Shown here piece after piece: positions 61,357-64,000 of a DNA stretch of 64,000 bases. Source of the stretch: Cyanobacteria bacterium J06626_4 (GTDB lineage: Bacteria > Cyanobacteriota > Cyanobacteriia > Phormidesmidales > Phormidesmidaceae). A model generated the notes under the pieces. It searched no databases. It saw nothing but the letters and a program-made list of their open reading frames with translations, and was not told the origin of the DNA. How positions within the stretch are numbered: the stretch's first letter is position 1; each line of letters begins with the position of its first letter. The stretch lies in the NCBI GenBank assembly GCA_038523235.1, contig JBCBJQ010000001.1, positions 64,001 to 128,000 on the forward strand, read 5' to 3'. A program made the position numbers and the translations under genes.

Positions 61357-62379
61357 CTAGGGCATCCATTCCAACAGAAAGATGACTCGACTCTCTTGGC
61401 GATCGCCCGCATTTTGGGTTTGAATGTCGGTGCCGATGCGAATATCCTCGGCAATGGCATAGCCCGCCGAAAAGGTACTCAATCCCACCTCTTGATCGGT
61501 GCCGGGGGCTACCCAACTTTGGCTAAAGCTCAGATCAGCCGCCCCGCCGCGCGAGGGCACTAGGATGATGCGGAAACCCAGATTCACCCCATCACTGTCA
61601 AAGGTCGAGGTTTCAATCGAGCGATAGCCCACCACCGGGGCGACATTGCCATACCACCCCAACGGCAACAAGTAATACTGCGCATCGGCCCCGATTAGCT
61701 GGCGATCGCCCCGCCTGTTGACGGCATATTCGGCACTCAGGGTGAGCGGCGTCTGCCCGATAAACACATCCTGCACGCCGACATACAGGCCGCCCGTATT
61801 ATCCGCCGAGGGAAATTCGGCATACCCCAGGCGCACGCGGGTGCGAAAGGCCGGGTCATGCTGAATGTCGATCGCGACATCCGGCACCGCTTCGAGCCAA
61901 CGCCGCAAAACAGGGCTGCTTTCGATAATCGCCGGATCGACGGCTACCGCTTGCTCACCTGAAGCGGGGAGATTTTCAGCCACCGCTAGAGGGGGGGGAC
62001 TCACTGCGGTCAGCATAGGCGTAGAGACAGCTGTCGGCACGGTGACAGTGGGGGCCGAGGCGGAGCGGGCACTGATATCAAAATCCGGTTCCGCAAAGGA
62101 AAATTCCTCAGAGAGCGGTTCTTCAAAGGGCAGTGCCGCAAACAGTGGTTCGGCCAAAAGTGGTTCAGCTACTGTCAAGGGGCGATCGCAGCTCGCCGAC
62201 AAATGCTTACCCTGAGGCGGCGGCTTGGAATGCAGCTGACAAGCATTGGGCTTGACGGGGACAACCGCTTGAGCAATCGCCGCTGGGGCCGAACTCAGCG
62301 CCCCGACAGTTAACAGAAGCGACGTCGCTAGCCACTGCCAACGACCCATTACTGGGGCCAGCGACCAAATAATCATCAT
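61357..62379 (-). CDS. Exported hypothetical protein with a beta-rich (possibly outer-membrane barrel) C-terminus
   Basis: Signal peptide (AIA-QA), low-complexity linker, SPVLRRWL..VPDV..DI..DP.FRTR, amphipathic strands, ends LEWMP. Confidence 0.7.
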   Translation of the reverse strand: MMIIWSLAPVMGRWQWLATSLLLTVGALSSAPAAIAQAVVPVKPNACQLHSKPPPQGKHLSASCDRPLTVAEPLLAEPLFAALPFEEPLSEEFSFAEPDFDISARSASAPTVTVPTAVSTPMLTAVSPPPLAVAENLPASGEQAVAVDPAIIESSPVLRRWLEAVPDVAIDIQHDPAFRTRVRLGYAEFPSADNTGGLYVGVQDVFIGQTPLTLSAEYAVNRRGDRQLIGADAQYYLLPLGWYGNVAPVVGYRSIETSTFDSDGVNLGFRIILVPSRGGAADLSFSQSWVAPGTDQEVGLSTFSAGYAIAEDIRIGTDIQTQNAGDRQESRVIFLLEWMP

Positions 62380-62489
62380 GCTGAGCGCTTTAAAGTGATC
62401 AAGAAACGAGGCCAGTTACGACTCTAGGCTCAACAGTCAAGGTTGAGGGCGATGACACCATAGCGCGATCGCTGTGTTTTTTGTACAGC

Positions 62490-62520
62490 AAAAAGCCCCA
62501 GTTTGTGGCTGGGGCTTTTT
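62490..62520. terminator. Rho-independent terminator after acsF
   Basis: AAAAAGCCCCAG-TTTGTGG-CTGGGGCTTTTT. Confidence 0.85.
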
Positions 62521-62542
62521 GATTCAAACAGTTATAAAGAAT

Positions 62543-63619
62543 TTAGCGGATGACCGTGCGCATCTGCTCAGCGTTAATCGGCTTCATAAAGTAGAGCCGC
62601 GCCAGCTGCCAGCCAATGGTAGCAACGTGGGGCAAGCGACGGAGGAACTTCAGCGGTTTGGGCTGTTGGCTTTGGCCAAGAACCACCATTGCGGCATTCG
62701 CAGCAACAGCCTGATCCAGCGCCTTAAAGAACTCAGGATGATCCACATTCAGAATGATTGGAAAAACGCGAGCGGCGCTTTCATTTGTGTTTCGAATGAC
62801 GTCAATATCGTAGGTGCGCGCATCTAGACCCAGCGTGGCATAGAAATCTTTTCCCTTCAAGTCGTTTAAGTACATGGTCGCAAATACCGACAGCAGGAAA
62901 AAGCGACACCATAGACGCGCTTTCCAATCATTCAAAAGCTGGGGCTGAGATTTCAGAAAAGCCGAGAAGAAGTCACCGTGGCGGTTTTCGTCCTGGCACC
63001 AGCTTTCAAAAAATTTGAAGATGGGATAGACGCGGTTTTCGGGATGCGACTCAAGATGACGATAAATCTTGATGTAGCGCCAGTAGCCAATCTTTTCTGA
63101 CAGGTAGGTGGCATACAGAACGAACTTAGGCTGAAAGAAGGTGTACTTCTTACTCTTGGTCAAAAAGCCCAGATCCAACTGCAAGTTGAAGTCCGACATC
63201 GCTTTGTTCAAAAAGCCAGCGTGACGAGCTTCATCGCGCGATATCAGGGTAAAGCACTCGGCAATGAACGGATTTTTATGCTTGAGGCGACGGCCCAACT
63301 CTTTATAGAGCAAAAATCCTGAGAATTCTGATGTGCAGGAGCGCTCTAAAAACTCAACGAGGAGTTTGCGAGTCTTTTCGTCCAGATCTTCCCAGGACTG
63401 ATCGAATTCTTCACCCCGAATGAAGTGATGGCGGTTATAGTCCGCCCGCAGTTCTTCTAGGATCGCTTGCATCTCTTCTTCGTTGACGGCGATATCCATC
63501 GCGGCCATCTTGTCAAAGTCAGTCGTATAGAAACGGGGGGTCAGGAGAGTATCCTTAGCGGGCGCTTTTACCCCAGGACGGGCTTCTGTTAATTCAGGCT
63601 TTTTAAGGGAATCTACCAT
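62543..63619 (-). CDS. acsF: Mg-protoporphyrin IX monomethyl ester oxidative cyclase
   Basis: [26 protein letters not shown], di-iron DEARHAG and DENRHGD motifs. Confidence 0.96.
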   Translation of the reverse strand: MVDSLKKPELTEARPGVKAPAKDTLLTPRFYTTDFDKMAAMDIAVNEEEMQAILEELRADYNRHHFIRGEEFDQSWEDLDEKTRKLLVEFLERSCTSEFSGFLLYKELGRRLKHKNPFIAECFTLISRDEARHAGFLNKAMSDFNLQLDLGFLTKSKKYTFFQPKFVLYATYLSEKIGYWRYIKIYRHLESHPENRVYPIFKFFESWCQDENRHGDFFSAFLKSQPQLLNDWKARLWCRFFLLSVFATMYLNDLKGKDFYATLGLDARTYDIDVIRNTNESAARVFPIILNVDHPEFFKALDQAVAANAAMVVLGQSQQPKPLKFLRRLPHVATIGWQLARLYFMKPINAEQMRTVIR

Positions 63620-64000
63620 GAGTCCTCTGATACAAGCTCGGTGCCAAAACCGACAACAATTTCACAGCAGTCAGTCAGTATAGATAAATGCTTATACTTT
63701 CCCCAAATAACTGTCGGGAAAGCGTTTTCGCTAACTGACGACGACTGAAACAACTGTCACATAGTCTATCAACTGTAGGGCGGTAGAACCCAGTCAGAGC
63801 TTTAAGAATTGCAACATATCGCAATCTGGCGTAAGCATCATCGAGCTTTGTATCGGGATGAAATTCACAGCAATGATTGAGGATTTTGGTCCCTTCATTC
63901 CTGAGGGCGATCGCTGCCCACAGACCGCCAAATGATTCACCGAGGAGCAGCGCTCTCATCTCAAACCGCGCGGTGCCGAACGTAAGCTGAGATCTCGTCA

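Larger units (their letters stand above)
1..64000. repeat. HIP1 octamer GCGATCGC dispersed throughout
   Basis: Dozens of copies in genes and intergenic DNA (e.g. 732-739, 1213-1220), far more than chance for an 8-mer; not counted exactly. Confidence 0.95.

Noticed and set aside
63675..63959. 94-aa minus-strand ORF upstream of acsF
   Set aside because: No motif; most likely the acsF promoter region at the window edge

Overview
A 64-kb stretch of core chromosome from a cyanobacterium, shown by dense HIP1 (GCGATCGC) octamers and genes such as psb30, acsF, zds, furC/perR, cyaB1-type adenylate cyclase and cyanobacterial 6S RNA. It is probably a filamentous Leptolyngbya/Nodosilinea-like lineage (inference only). 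Most genes are housekeeping: fabF, tkt, rimM, avtA, lysS, glgA, mgtE, metG, lptC, dnaE, mrdA, recJ, purN, mnmE. I saw no rRNA, tRNA, CRISPR array, transposase or prophage. Highlights: (1) a complete Anbu proteasome-like peptidase / circularly permuted ATP-grasp / alpha-E / transglutaminase module, with a perfect NtcA box 56-60 nt upstream of each of its first two genes; (2) RecJ extended by a coiled coil and a domain resembling a degenerate HEPN fold; (3) a contiguous, intein-free dnaE where most cyanobacteria have a split-intein dnaE; (4) an intact Eco57I/type IIG-like methyltransferase ORF lacking its NPPY/W catalytic motif, placed directly after zds-SRPBCC; (5) an acyltransferase plus alpha/beta-hydrolase pair resembling the two halves of plant phytyl-ester synthases; (6) features missed by the ORF track: psb30, 6S RNA, two MITE-like elements, a candidate 39-aa membrane peptide and a candidate sRNA. 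All family assignments come from motif recognition by eye; no searches were run.
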